Shown: positions 1 through 12,489 of the stretch, piece by piece
How positions within the stretch are numbered: position 1 is the stretch's first letter
How the letters are laid out: every line of letters starts with the position of its first letter
NCBI GenBank assembly: GCA_002633005.1
Contig: NMRA01000115.1
Coordinates: 370,104 to 434,103 of the forward strand
DNA: 64,000 nucleotides
Direction: 5' to 3'
DNA from: Phoronis australis
Taxonomy: Eukaryota > Animalia > Phoronida
The notes under the pieces: model-generated
Told to the model about the DNA's origin: nothing
Seen by the model: only the letters and a program-made list of their open reading frames with translations
The model's database searches: none
Translations under genes and position numbers: made by a program

Positions 1-261
1 TTTCAGTCGAAGCCGACAGTAAGTTAACTATAGGCAGCCCTCCGTCATTGCTCAAAAACCAGAATTTAAGTGTAATCGCGTTTGCTTGCTCTGAGAAAAC
101 ACCGACGAGCATGCTCACATTTTTGGGTAAAAGTATACCTAGACCCAATAAAAACTTTGGTCAATGAAGATATAGACTTCTCTTGTCAATAGTGTCAATG
201 GTGCACATCCTCACGTTCATACGAGCAACTAACTTAATGGAAAAGATTTCCTAGTTTAGAT

Positions 262-1570
262 GCCACTTTTCCGAAGGTTCGCTCCTCCGAAGGTCCACTA
301 CTCCCAGGATTCGCCACCTTCGAAATTTCACTACGATGAATGTCCACAACTCCAAAACCAGACCTCCTACCATTATTATTTTTTTCTTAAATATAAGCAC
401 AGCACCAGGAGTCGCTTCGCATTATATCCAGGTTCTAATTCACACCCTTGCGCCTATTCACTAGTAAGACCGAGCTCAGAGGAGTAGGAGACGCCTTTGC
501 CAGTGTGCAATGCTCGATTGTCAGCCAGTGAAGCCAGGATTCGAACCCAGGTCTCTCAAACAGGAGTCCCGACCTAAAACCATTGAGCCACAGGGTTCAT
601 TACTCTGATTGGAGTAGTATCAGACATGAATAAAGTATTGGTATTTGTGTCCATTTAGTAACCATTTAGAGGGCGTTCAAAAGTTGTCTAGTTCTTAATA
701 GGAATACGTTGATATCAGTGTTTACAAATGAGCTCAATTCCTGTCACTGCCAATCGTGATTCTTGAATCTAATGAACGACAAATTCTCAAGCATGGACAA
801 CATCTGGGACACGGGTCAGGGCTGCAGCGACCAACGGTTTTAAATTTAAGAAGACTGAATGGCCGGCTCACTGACTTCGTGAAGACTGTCAGGGACAGGG
901 TAGCCCGCTAACTATATTTAATTTTGCCCCGGCCGCGTGAGTGGTTCCGGTGGGTGAGGTTCAGGCGCAGCGGCCCTAAACTTTTCAGTCGCGCTGTGAA
1001 ATGCATGCGCGAACCCAAGGGGAGGGGGGGCTTGAACGAGCCCTCCGTTTGGCGAAGTGGGTAAAAGGTCCGCCTCGGGGAAACAAAATGTCCGAGAAAA
1101 CGAGACAAAAGTCCACTAAAAGGGCGCAGACGCACAGTTCACATACCTGAAGGAGGTGCCCTGTTTTTTTAGTCCTCACGCTTTTTTGTTGGCAAAAGGT
1201 CCACTTTGTCAGAGATTCGAGCCCTCTGCGCTCGGTGCGCCCATGGAAATGATGCTACCTTGACATGGATTTGATGAATGTATCGTGGTAAATAATTCAT
1301 CAGTATTCCCACTCCATATTTTTCAAAATCCAATAACGTTCTCATTCTTCCGTGTTCGTAAGACATGCGGGAAATTTCGCATGCGCATGAAATCCAAACA
1401 AAGTGTTTTAGTACACGAGCGTTATTTTTCGGTATAGGTACACCATTCAGTGTATCTAATAACCGAAGTATCAATAATTTTTGCATGTAAATTACACATG
1501 AGTTGAAAAAGTTGGCCTTTTTGCAGTAGTGAACCTTCGGAATGGCGAACCGAATGGTAAGTAGTGGGCT
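262..1570. mobile_element. Non-autonomous DNA transposon with short subterminal repeats (unclassified)
   Basis: Left end ccacttttccgaaggttcgctcctccgaaggtccactac (~263-301) is mirrored by gtagtgaaccttcggaatggcgaaccgaa...gtagtggg (~1526-1568). No TSD resolved. Confidence 0.45.
531..598 (-). repeat. tRNA-derived SINE-like head (Pol III A/B boxes)
   Basis: Minus strand reads tggctcaatgg...ggttcgaatcc, matching A-box and B-box consensus. Cloverleaf is degenerate. Confidence 0.5.
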
Positions 1571-1989
1571 GTTCCCATTTCCAACGACATAAGCAACTTA
1601 AGAAACACTAAAATTATAAGTAGATAAAAGTTTTGTCAAGTTATTCTACGACTAAATATTTCTGTTCGAGTAGGTGTAATCGCTCATTTAACCATGCCTG
1701 ATTTGAAAATTTGACAGGAAGTAACGCGAGAACGTTTTGGACCTCATTGCATCCGAATTGAGTCCCGTTCTTTGCGAGCAACCGTCACGGCATCCTCATC
1801 TCTGGTATTACTTATTCTGTCTCATATCAACAACACAGAGCTGAGAGTTATCGTTGTGTATACAAATTCCACTTTCCCCTTATAAAGCTGCGTCAACCGT
1901 TGGCCTTAATGAAAACTCCACAGTGTTGACGTTTGTAAAATTTCAAAGGTCCACCGTTCAACAAATTCGAACCACACCCTGCGCAATGC

Positions 1990-3255
1990 TGGCTACGGGT
2001 CTGTACTCTACTAATCCCAACTTACCTCATCTTATCCTGCCATCACCATGCGAGTCTGTTGTCCTTCAACACAGCTTAGTTGAAATTAGTTGTACCATCT
2101 AATCCCAAGTTATCTCAACTTTTCGGCTTATCACCATGCCCTCTGTTGTTCTTCAACACAGTTTAGTTGAATTTTAACTGATTGCCCAGGATTGCCAACT
2201 GATCAAGCAATCGCGCGGCTATCTAGCTGTTGTCAAATGTTTAGATGTATCAGTTAATTGTGCCAGTTGCCATCCGTTGTCAAAAGTTTAGTTGAATCCA
2301 AGTAATCCCAATTTATCCCAACCTATCCAGCTCTGATCTATTCAACTAATTGAATAATTCTACCAGTTGTAGCGCCATCTGGAGTATTACTGACATAGTG
2401 AGAAAGAGGGACCTGAGAGTCACTGACTTGTCTGTAGGTGGCACAACGATTAGTGGGATTGGTTGAATTACTTGAACTGCGTGTTTGGTGTGAATTTCCG
2501 TAGGTAGCGCAGCGATTAGTGGGAATAGTTAAATTAATTGAAATGCGTATTAATTTTTGTGCCCCTCAAGTTGTGAAACTTTTGCTGACGTCCTGTACAT
2601 TATTTGTCTCTTACATGTGAAAATGTTGCTGACGCCATTTACCTAACTACCAGCCCACATACATGTATGGCGTATCGATTAGTCGGAATAGTTGAATAAG
2701 TTGAAATGTGTGTTCTGTGTCTCTCATGTTGTGAGCCTGTTGCTGACAGTCATGTTTGTTATCAGACTGGAGGAGCGGCGATTAGTGGCAAGAGATGAAT
2801 AAGTTGAAATGCGTGTTCAGTATCTCTAAAATTGTGAGCCTGTTGTCGACATCATGTACGTTATCTACCTGCCTGAAGGTGGTGCAGCGATTAGTGGGAA
2901 TAATTGAATTAGTTAAAATGTGGTGTCTGAAAAGGTGTGAACATTTTGTTGATGTTCTATTTATTATCAGCCTGCCCGCAGATGGCACAGCGATTGGTGG
3001 AAATAGTTGAACAAGTTGAAGTACGGGTTCTGTGTCTCGATAGTAGTGAGCGTGTTGGTGACACCATGTTTGTAATCACCTAACCAGCATTCTGTGCATC
3101 TATAGTTGTGAGGTTGTAGCTGACGTCGGTAAACCTAACTTTATCTACTTGTTATTTAGTGAATTCCCACAGGAAGCGCAGCGATACATGGGAATAGTTG
3201 AATTATTCGAAAAGCATGTTCTGTGTCTCTGTAATTGTGAGCTTGCTGCTGACGG
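1990..3255. repeat. Diverged tandem repeat of roughly 100-115 bp units
   Basis: Recurrent cagcgattagtgggaatagttgaa(t/c)aagttgaaatg...ttgtgagc..gttgctgac blocks from ~2440 to 3255, with related inverted sequence at ~2000-2380. Confidence 0.6.
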
Positions 3256-4234
3256 CAGTGGCGGATCTAGGATATCACAAGGGGGCGCCCAACATTTTGT
3301 CTGTAAACATTTGGTCCAAGCACGATTGTAGATGTGCATAGCACCGAATGGGGAGAGGTCGGGAAATTTTTCTGTTTTTTCCTCTAAAAATCAAGCATTT
3401 TCCTTGATTCCCGAAGTATTATCCAAGAAAAAAGGAAAAAAAAAGAAAAATACGAAGAATGTGTCAACCAGCAAAAATCGCAGGTACCACGGATTCGAAC
3501 TCACGACCTTGCTAGTTAAGCGCGCGTGCTTTACCCCTGCACCACCACAATTTAAGTCTCAATTTGACACTAAGAGATCTACTTATTTATGGTCCACAGC
3601 GTTTGCGCGCGAAAACTCCTTCTTTTTGAAATGCTTATTACATATTTTTTGTGCAATCAGTTCGTAACAAATTTGTTGTATTTAAAATAGTCTTCAATTG
3701 CTCAAAAGACCAAATCCGTTTTTTGTGTTGGCAATAATGACGCGATTGCTTTGGAAATCGTCTTTTAAGTTAAGGTTTGACAAAGAGAGAATTATGAGTT
3801 TCTGAGTGATTCACTAAAGCTTCGATTAAAATTGACATCTTACCAGCAGCTTCTGTTTTTTCACCATCACTCAAATTCCAGTTTCTTTAAAAAATGAAGT
3901 AATTTTCTTCATTGCACAGTGGAGCAGACGACGGAAACGGAGTCGTAGTGCCCAGCGTCACTGCCGGTCGCCTGAGATATCGCGGGAGAGCCTAGACTTA
4001 GCCATAGTTCCGTTACGATTGCGACGTGTTCCGAATTTGACACTTGAAATTGGATCTGAGCCCCCCCCCCAAAAAAAAATTAAAACTCCACACATTTAAA
4101 TCTTGTTTCAGCCGCATAATTTTAATTACCGGGGTTAATTAATAAATTCAACATTTCCCTACGCTCTTGCTGTTTTATTTTTTTTTGCGGCAGCCAAGGG
4201 GGGGGGGGCGGGCACCCCCCTAAATCCGCCTATG
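3256..4234 (+). mobile_element. MITE/non-autonomous DNA transposon (cagtggcggat-type ends) with internal tRNA-like box
   Basis: Starts cagtggcggatct and ends aatccgcctatg. A second, inverted copy lies at ~32866-33958. tRNA-like A/B boxes on the minus strand at ~3484-3550. Confidence 0.7.
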
Positions 4235-4250
4235 TGACATCATTGACATT

Positions 4251-4267
4251 TGCGGGCCAGTCCGGGA
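4251..4267 (+). promoter_or_regulatory. Probable primer-binding site (tRNA-Pro type) of the Gypsy element
   Basis: tgcgggccagtccggga matches 14/17 with the tRNA-Pro PBS TGGGGGCTCGTCCGGGA. It follows an LTR-like end 'tgaca' and lies ~110 bp upstream of gag. Confidence 0.6.
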
Positions 4268-4377
4268 GCGTTTAAATAAAGGCTTACGTGTTTGTGTTGA
4301 GTTGTTTAGAATCCAGTAATTACCGTTTAAATGTTAATTAGTAAAGTGCATTCTGGGAATAACACCCTTCCACTAAA

Positions 4378-5024
4378 ATGGATTTTGAAAAGTATATGGC
4401 GCAAGCGAAACAATTCGGTTATACCGGTGAAGAATTAAGGAAGTGCGCAGAGGGGCTCTTGCGACAAGCCTTGGAGCGTGAAGAGCGCGCCCACAAACGG
4501 GAACAGGGACAGGCAGAGCGTGCCCATAAACAAGAGCTGGAAACGGCAGAGATTGCAGAGCGTGCTCATTATAAACGTGAACTAGAGCAAGCTGAATACG
4601 AACATATGCTCGAGCAAGAACGAGCCAAGCGGGCCCAAGCTACTGAGATTGAGAAGCAAAAGACACTGCAACTCCAGATTGAGCTCAAAGCGACGCCAAG
4701 TGGTGGGGCTTCAAGCAGTGGTGTACGTACCAGCCGTCCCAAACTGCTAAGGCTCCACGAACATGTCGATGACATGGATGCCTTCCTAGCCCGATTTGAG
4801 ACGTTCGCCACAAGCCAGAAGTGGGATAAATTGGAGTGGGCTATGGACTTGAGTCCATTATTGACAGATGAATGCCTACAGGAGTTCAAGAACATGTTGT
4901 CCAACCAAATTAAAAACTACGACCAACTAAAGGTGGCGCTGCTGCACAGGCATAAACTAACTGAAGATGGGTTCCGACGGAAGTTCAGAGTCCAAGCCTG
5001 AAAAGGGTGAAAACGTGTTCCAAT
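4378..5024 (+). pseudogene. gag: Gypsy gag, N-terminal part (coiled-coil + capsid-like region)
   Basis: ORF 4378-5001 plus a frameshifted KPEKGENVFQ. After removing the insertion the frame continues at 13130 as FAARLKMFFDRW. Confidence 0.85.
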
Positions 5025-5153
5025 GGGGCTATTCGACGTGGTGTCGCTGCTGTATTAGTGGAGATTGAATTGAGCATGCGTCGCTGTCTACATGTAGGCC
5101 TTAACAGCTTGTAAAAAGTCGGAATTGTTATCAAAATACGTGGTCGCGCTAAT

Positions 5154-5480
5154 CCTTATTGTTGTTATACATGTATTCCCGGGTGCAAGTCTTCGACAGG
5201 TGGTCACAAATTCCCAAAAGACCTAAGGTTACTACAGTATGGGCGGCGCAGCACTGAAAAAAGTGGGGGCTAAAGCCCCTCAGCCCCCTGTGGCGCACCG
5301 CCTAGACCACGTGCGGCGTAGAACTGAAAAAGTGGAGGCTATAGCCCCCCCCCCAGCCCCCTATGGTGCGCCACCAATTTACAGGCGTGGAGAATTGCGG
5401 TCAAAAGGGTCAACCAAGTGACAAAAATTGTGTAGATGCCGAAGCCTCACGCCCCGTGTGTGCTCAATGCATTTTCATTA
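5154..5480 (+). pseudogene. THAP domain remnant (transposase N-terminus), interrupted by a ~145-bp GC-rich mini-insertion
   Basis: PYCCYTCIPGCKSSTGGHKFPKDLRLLQ / (insert ~5238-5380) / QAWRIAVKRVNQVTKIV*MPKPHA-RVCSMHF gives the C2CH THAP signature. Confidence 0.8.
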
Positions 5481-6383
5481 AGAGACTACATAATCACGTT
5501 ACTTGGTAAGTTTTTAGCAATTAAGTTTCCATCGACGTCGCTCAGTGATATTATCCCCGCCAGTTACCGCACTGAATAACGGGTTTATTCAGTGGAACTA
5601 AATGTTCAGAAACTCACCCGGCACCCAGATGGTAGGCTAGCAGCACATATCTACATATTGTCCTGGGTGGGAGTGCTCCCAATATAAGAGGTGTATGGAA
5701 CGTAACACTCAGAAATCAAGGGTGACTTTTTCACAGTAGTTACTCTTCAAAACTATGCTATGTCCCATAAAATTCTCTAGATGAGTGTGTTTCCTTATTT
5801 TCTAACGGATCCAACTCCCAGGACTACCAAATTATAGTTACCGAATTACATGAATGAGCTATTCAGTAAATTGATAACACTGCATTGGAATAAATATTCA
5901 CACCTAGAATGAATTTTATTTGTTGAGATCAGAAACGCGTTATAGGTGCCATGAAAACTACACATTCTTAAACACTTTTAGCCTTTTTCACATATTTTAA
6001 ATTAGATCTTAAATAAGGCTTGGGTACAACGATTATTAGTTTTTACATATAAACATTAAGATGAAATGTCAAGCAAGTTCTGCCTTACAAAAGTAGTTTT
6101 GTCTTGTGTTTTCTTTTATAATTTGCTAATATTTCTCTGACTATTCTGTTACAGGTGAGAGAAAGCGGCTGAAACCAGCCGCCTTACCGTCTATTTTAAC
6201 TTTCGACGAAGTAAAAAGCTGTCCTTCAGCAATAACCTGATGGAATTAAACCTTTCCATTCAGAAATTCAGCCCTTGATATCCCTGATTGCGAAAATTAC
6301 AATTATTTTTAACAAATAATGTTGTTCCGTTATATGTATGTGGTTGTTCAGTTTGCCATTTCGTTTTTAAATACACTGATTAT

Positions 6384-6576
6384 CGCTGTAAAAGACTCGA
6401 AGCTGCTCGAGAGAAACGCCACTCAGCAGCATCCACCACTGTTACCACGACGGAGTTCCAATGCCCCACCTGTTCTCGACTCTGCGCGTCAAGACTGGGA
6501 CTGCAGAGCCATCTTCGTGTACATAGACGATGAGACACACAACCTACGTCATCTTCGAACCCGAAGGACTACCAAC
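6384..6576 (+). mobile_element. 5'-truncated RTE-clade LINE 3' end with 11-bp TSD
   Basis: Encodes FQCPTCSRLCASRLGLQSHLRVH*, the C-terminal C2H2 finger typical of RTE-clade ORFs. Flanked by acactgattat at 6373-6383 and 6577-6587. Confidence 0.8.
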
Positions 6577-6995
6577 ACACTGATTATTCTCGAATCTTGT
6601 GCATAGCAGATTCTTATCGAGCTACGATTAAAAGCATACTTTGCTTGCATGTGGAACTTTTGTTTTAGACAAGTTAACACAAAACTCAAAACTGTTCAAA
6701 GGCCTTCTTAAGAAAGCTCTAAAAATAGTTCCAGACGTAAACAAATCAAATGCAATCAAAGGGAATACTTCGTTTTTGTCGCCGGACATTTCTATAGGTT
6801 AACAGGAAAATGACAATTCGCAAGCGTAATCGGTTATCACTTCAGCTTTATAAAGAAACAGCACAACTGCACTGTATGGGGCTTTAAAACTGAAGAAATA
6901 GTGTGGTTTTGATAATTAGTGACAAACTTGCCTGTTGATGAAAATTTTTTTCGATCATCAAAGTGGAACAACAACGGGCTTTTTACTGACAATAA

Positions 6996-7149
6996 GACAA
7001 TCGATGCAGTCCATGAACGTCATTTCCGCATAATGCGTACCAAGTTGACAATCGATGCAGACCATGAACGTCATTTCCGCATAATGCGTACCAAGTTGAC
7101 AATCGATGCAGACCATGAACGTCATTTCCGCATAATGCGTACCAAGTTG
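6996..7149 (+). repeat. 51-bp tandem triplication
   Basis: gacaatcgatgcagaccatgaacgtcatttccgcataatgcgtaccaagtt x3, near-identical. Confidence 0.95.
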
Positions 7150-7269
7150 AAAAGTTTTTACCATTAGTATAAAGCGTTTCTTCTAAAAGGAAGTTAATGT
7201 CACTCAGTGAGAAAGGACAGGTATTTATAACAGAAGCTTTTGGTTTTCATTTCTCTGGGATAGAGTATC

Positions 7270-7785
7270 AATGGCCTGTAGAAGCACTTGTAAAAAGGTT
7301 CAATTTATAGGCACGTGGCTTTCCTTCATGTAACCTCATTCAACCTCAATAAAGTCCACAATTTGATCCTTTAAGGTAAAAACAACATCATATCACTTGA
7401 CTCGCTTTGTACCCAAAATCTGACCCTGAACTAGACCAGAGTGTTACTAGGTCTTCTTTAGCATCAGACCCTAATATTTCTTCGAGGAAAGGAAATAAGC
7501 CATTGTTGTCCACATATGACTGATGGCCTGTGAAAGAGCATCCACACCAATGAGGCTGGCTGGTGCGTCAGTCAGATATAGTTCCTCTTCACACACAAAC
7601 AATCCTCTGGCACATTTTCGTATGGCAAGTTAGTACTGCGATTCATATTTCTCCAGAGCTCCTTTCTCGTGCATTGTGCCATGCAGCACTGCTGGTGTGT
7701 GGACGCAAGCTGTGGGAAGAGAAAGGAGTAACAAAGCTTGTCTATATTGCGGCTTGAAGTGGTCTTAAAAATGTCACTGAACCTG
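7270..7785 (-). pseudogene. YqaJ/lambda-exonuclease-like ORF remnant (second ORF of the ISL2EU-like element)
   Basis: Minus strand RFSDIFKTT...TPAVLHGTMHEKGALEKYE...KCARGLFVCEEELYL..APASLIG and, further on, YDVVFTLKDQIVDFIEVE...LNLFYKCFYRP. Preceded by an acceptor-like ttgttccag. Confidence 0.7.
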
Positions 7786-8269
7786 GAACAAATATTGAAA
7801 CATGAATGATCAAGTTCGTTAGGTTGGGTAAAAAATGTTGCCCTTGTTTTTCAAAAATATGATATGGTAACTGCTTTATAATTTCACACAGATTAAATAA
7901 TTACTATTTTCAGGAAGCAAGCAAACATGAAAACAACGGCAACTGAGCAGTAAACTTGTAACATCTTCTGGAAAAAGTTAAAAAACAACAATTTTTGATA
8001 TTTTAATTTCTTAGGAACCGGCGCCTGAGCTGTGAGTTGCAGACGATATAAAATTCAGCAATTGAAAACTGAGGGAAAGTGTCTATAATTAACAGTTTGT
8101 TCCAGATTTTACGTTTAGGGCCTATATTCGGAAAGTTTGATGATCGAAGCGGCTGAAGACGTCGAGTCGACATTGACCTACCTTTTAAACTTTCCATATC
8201 AGAGGTCGCTGTTGAAGTAGTGCGGGAGGTGAATACGGAAAACTTTGTTACATGGCCGTACTTCCCTCG

Positions 8270-10105
8270 ACAGATTCAACGCGCGCGGGATCAAATACAT
8301 TATACCACATACTGAACGAGAAACAATGCAATGAATCGATTTACCTTTCTCGACTCGCCTCGGCTTTGTAACTACTTTCTATGTCAGATTCAACGCGCGT
8401 GGGATAAAATACATTATACCACAATATTAGCGTCAAATGGCAGATATAACCGTGTAATAACCCATAAAGTTCTCTTACTAGTGAGATAACGATTTGGCGG
8501 GAAACCCAGGACGGGGTCGAACCCGGGACCCTAATATTGCTCGTCGCCGACTTTACCACTACACCACGCAGCGACTCACGTCATCAAGAGTGAAAATAGA
8601 ATACTTAAATGAGCACGCGCAATAATCGCACGTTCAACAAACCGCATTGTACTGTACTTTTACGCTACGAAAAATAAGACACATAATTTCCATAAAAATG
8701 ATATCTTAATTCGGTGAAATTTTTCTCTCATGTCCTCTTACTTGTAAATCACCGATCTCTACTTTGAATGCGGGTATCGTGTCGTCAGGATCTTTGACTT
8801 GAGAATTATATTCAGTTACCAGNCCATGTAATATTCTATATTTATACCACAATATTAGCCTCGAATGGCAGATACAACCGTGTGATAACCCATAAAGTTA
8901 TCTCACTAGTGAGATAACATTTTGGCGGGAAACCGAGGCCGGTTTCGACCCCGGGCCTCAAGAGTTTCGAGTCGCCGACTTTGCCACTACACCACTCAGC
9001 AGCTGACGTCATCGAACGTGAAAATATAATACTTAATGAGCTAACGCCCCTCGGGAGATAATTCACCAAAATCCACTCGGGCTCTAGATAACGGGGGATA
9101 ACGACTTCGCCATGTAATATTCTATATTTATACCACAATATTAGCCTCGAATGGCAGATACAACCGTGTGATAACCCATAAAGTTATCTCACTAGTGAGA
9201 TAACATTTTGGCGGGAAACCGAGGCCGGTTTCGACCCCGGGCCTCAAGAGTTTCGAGTCGCCGACTTTGCCACTACACCACTCAGCAGCTGACGTCATCG
9301 AACGTGAAAATATAATACTTAATGAGCTAACGCCCCTCGGGAGATAATTCACCAAAATCCACTCGGGCTCTAGATAACGGGGGATAACGACTTCGCCATG
9401 TAATATTCTATATTTATACCACAATATTAGCCTCGAATGGCAGATACAACCGTGTGATAACCCATAAAGTTATCTCACTAGTGAGATAACATTTTGGCGG
9501 GAAACCGAGGCCGGTTTCGACCCCGGGCCTCAAGAGTTTCGAGTCGCCGACTTTACCACTACACCACTCAGCAGCTGACGTCATCGAACGTGAAAATATA
9601 ATACTTAATGAGCTCGCGCAACAATCGCATGTTCAGCAAAGGGCATTGCACCGACATTTATACGTTGTGAAAAACAAGACGCATAATTTCCATAAAAACG
9701 ATATTTTTATTCAGTGAAATTTTTCTTTCGTGTTCTCTCACTTGTAAATCACCGATCTCCAATTTGAATGCGGGTATCGTGTAGTCGGGATCCTTTGACT
9801 TGAGCATTATAGTCAGTTACTAGCTGTAACCTAATTTACCAGACGATATTTTATCCCGGTCGAAGATTAGCGTGATAAAATGTGTTGTAAGCTATACATG
9901 TAATAGTTGCTAAACCTTTTGGATTCACTTTATTTGTATTTCGTTTTATTTTTCAATTGGTTTTGAGTAAAAGCATTATTTGACAAAAATAGCTCGGCTT
10001 TTCTTAAAAGGTCACGACCTCCGACCCAGGGCCTCTGACATAGATAATTCTCCAAAATCCACTCGGGCTCTAGATAACGGGGATAACGACTTCGCCATGT
10101 AATAA
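8270..10105. repeat. Repeat family carrying a tRNA-like box: one diverged copy (8270-8822) plus a 286-bp tandem array (~2.8 near-identical units, 8824-9615)
   Basis: Identical ORFs at 8842-9138 and 9128-9424 give the 286-bp period. 8410-8822 is a diverged match to 9415-9822. Each unit has minus-strand tggtgtagtgg...gggtcgaaacc boxes. A single N lies at 8823. Confidence 0.85.
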
Positions 10106-10808
10106 TCTATATATAAGTATTGATTTGTATAGAACTGCGTCTTTATTTTTCATACCTAGCCATAACAATGCTTTAAACGCATCACGTGTCTGCAAAAAAT
10201 GCAAGTTATTTGAGACAACTTCAAACCTTTGTTCACCATTTTCAAGCCTTTTGATTTTTGATACTTTCAGCAATTATAAACACCGATTACAGATTCATGG
10301 GTCTGTCAAGCACACGTCTGGTATAAGACTGAGGGAACCATTTCTAGGATTCTTTATTTCTCTTCTAATAGAGGATATGAAAACTTGGGTAACTTAAAGA
10401 ATGATGGATCATTTTTGTGTTGTTTAAGAGTAATTAAAAATCCTAAGGCGCCATTAATTGCGCATTGGTAGTAAGAATAATATGTTCAAATACGACCTCA
10501 CTAGTATGTTCACATCAAAAATGCAATTTTCACAAATATGACAGTCATATGAATTTATAAGCGACTTGCAACTTTGTTACTTCCACACTTTCAGTTGCAC
10601 CAAATTTTACAACCCCAACACCCCATGCCAACCTCCCGCTAAGGACCTGAATAAATAAATTAACAAAACAACTTACATACCATTCTTTAAAAATAGCTGC
10701 CCCTTTTCGAAGACTTTATTCTTTGTCTCCGATTTAGAAAGTAGGCTTTTACAACAGATCTGCACTGGACAGAACTTGCTGGTTAGCTGCCTGCAGTCAA
10801 CTGCTTAA

Positions 10809-12489
10809 AGGAGAATGCCACCCGATTTAATTAGCCTTTTTTCCGTCTTAATCGGTCTACATCCACATCGCCTCGCATACGGTCGACCTTACCTTGCCAA
10901 GAGGTGTCGCGGTAACCTGTGTGGATGGTGAGAAAGGACGCTAGCGACGTCAGTGGTTCATATGCACAGTGAATGCCGCTATGTTGCGGTGCATCGTTCC
11001 CGCTTGTCGAACTAAGCAGCTGCGAGGAAAGCGGGTATATCGTTTTTTTACTTCCTCGAGAGTCCAAAATGCTTAGGAAGTGGCTCATGGTAGTAAAGAA
11101 TGAAATGTACGCTGTAAATAGCAATGAGGCCGTGAAACATCTCCGTGTCTGTAGCCTGCAGAAGTCGACAATGCATGCCTGACGAATGCCGGCTTACCGG
11201 CCAAATAACTCCATATGTTCCGTTGTCTGAGCTTGTTCACGGCGCCTCTCTAGTATTTCTTCATCACTGTATTCCTGTTCGAATTGATAGCCCGTAAAAC
11301 TTAGCGATCCACCTGCGAAGTCGGGACTGATGAGCTCTAGCTCGTCCTAAGTCGGGATTGCGAGTTGCCATGTTGGCATTTACATGTACATGTATTACTG
11401 AGCGTTAGAGTTTCAAAATGAATTATTATAACCCTGACCAATACTTATATAAAACTGAAATAAAGTCTGTCTCATTAGATGCAATTTGTAATGCCTTTGG
11501 AGTGTTCGTGAGTGGAAATGATATGAGAAGCCAGCAATGAATAAAACACTGCATTACCGGCTTTCAATAAAAATAATTGACGGGACATCGAGGCCGTGTG
11601 AGCTCATGCTAATTTAGTGTTTGCTGGAAGAAACTGTTGTGAAATAACTCGATTTCCTTCCCACGGCCAGGTTTTTGGGGAATCTTTATTTACATTCTCA
11701 AATAATGATTGTCAATCTACTACTTCTGCCCTGACGGGTGGCCAATTAAGCGGAACCAGTGAATTCGCGGCCCCCAACGAGTAAGTAGATTTGCAGTTTA
11801 GTGGCTAATTCACCGACATAATCAGGTGCACATTACTTTGGCTCACTAGTATAGTATTTTCTTGACTGGAAGTTTAGTTTCCACTGAACTTTGGCTGGTT
11901 TATGTTCGAGATGTCTGATCAGTTTCCGAGCCACTGGCCAGGATAACGAGTCAATCTGGCCGGCCGCGACGGGCCTGATGGGGCTCCGAGCCACTGCCCA
12001 GGATAACAAGCGTTTTGTGTTTGGAACTCAAAAAATCACAAGTCTAAACAACACATATCTAGGTTCCCCTGTCTGTATCTCACGGAAAATACTTCGAAAT
12101 TATCTCCGAACAGACCCCAAACTCCTGCTACGGGGTTATTGGCCTGCCGAACTTTGTAAGCTACGGTGTGTCCAAATATCAATAAATCCGTAAGAGCGAA
12201 ATAAAACAACACGTTTTTATGAGAACTCGGTGTATTTGTAGGGGTTTTATATCGAATTTTGATGATTTATTGATGTTAAACGATGACTTCAAGCGATAAG
12301 CTGGCACCAGTAACCCGTGTTGTGAACTGCTGACCAGACTGCGTGTGAAACCGATGACGTCATTGGATTATTTCAACACCTCCGTCTGCCGTCAGGTGTC
12401 AAGTAACGCAACCGTTCGTGTCGTTATGGAGTAGAACTACTCGATCTAAATTGATACAAATTAGGTTGTTTTTTGGGTGGCATGCTCCT
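10809..12489 (+). mobile_element. Non-autonomous Kolobok-like element, family A, complete copy
   Basis: TTAA on both sides (10805-10808, 12490-12493). 15-bp TIR aggagaatgccaccc / gggtggcatgctcct. THAP remnant at 10973-11165 (LPRESKMLRKW...HLRVCS). Confidence 0.85.

Noticed and set aside
6288-6533. Host C2H2 zinc-finger gene
   Set aside because: A single finger bounded by an 11-bp TSD, which is the 3' end of an RTE LINE.
8842-9424. Duplicated 98-aa 'gene'
   Set aside because: A by-product of the 286-bp tandem repeat, with no protein motif.
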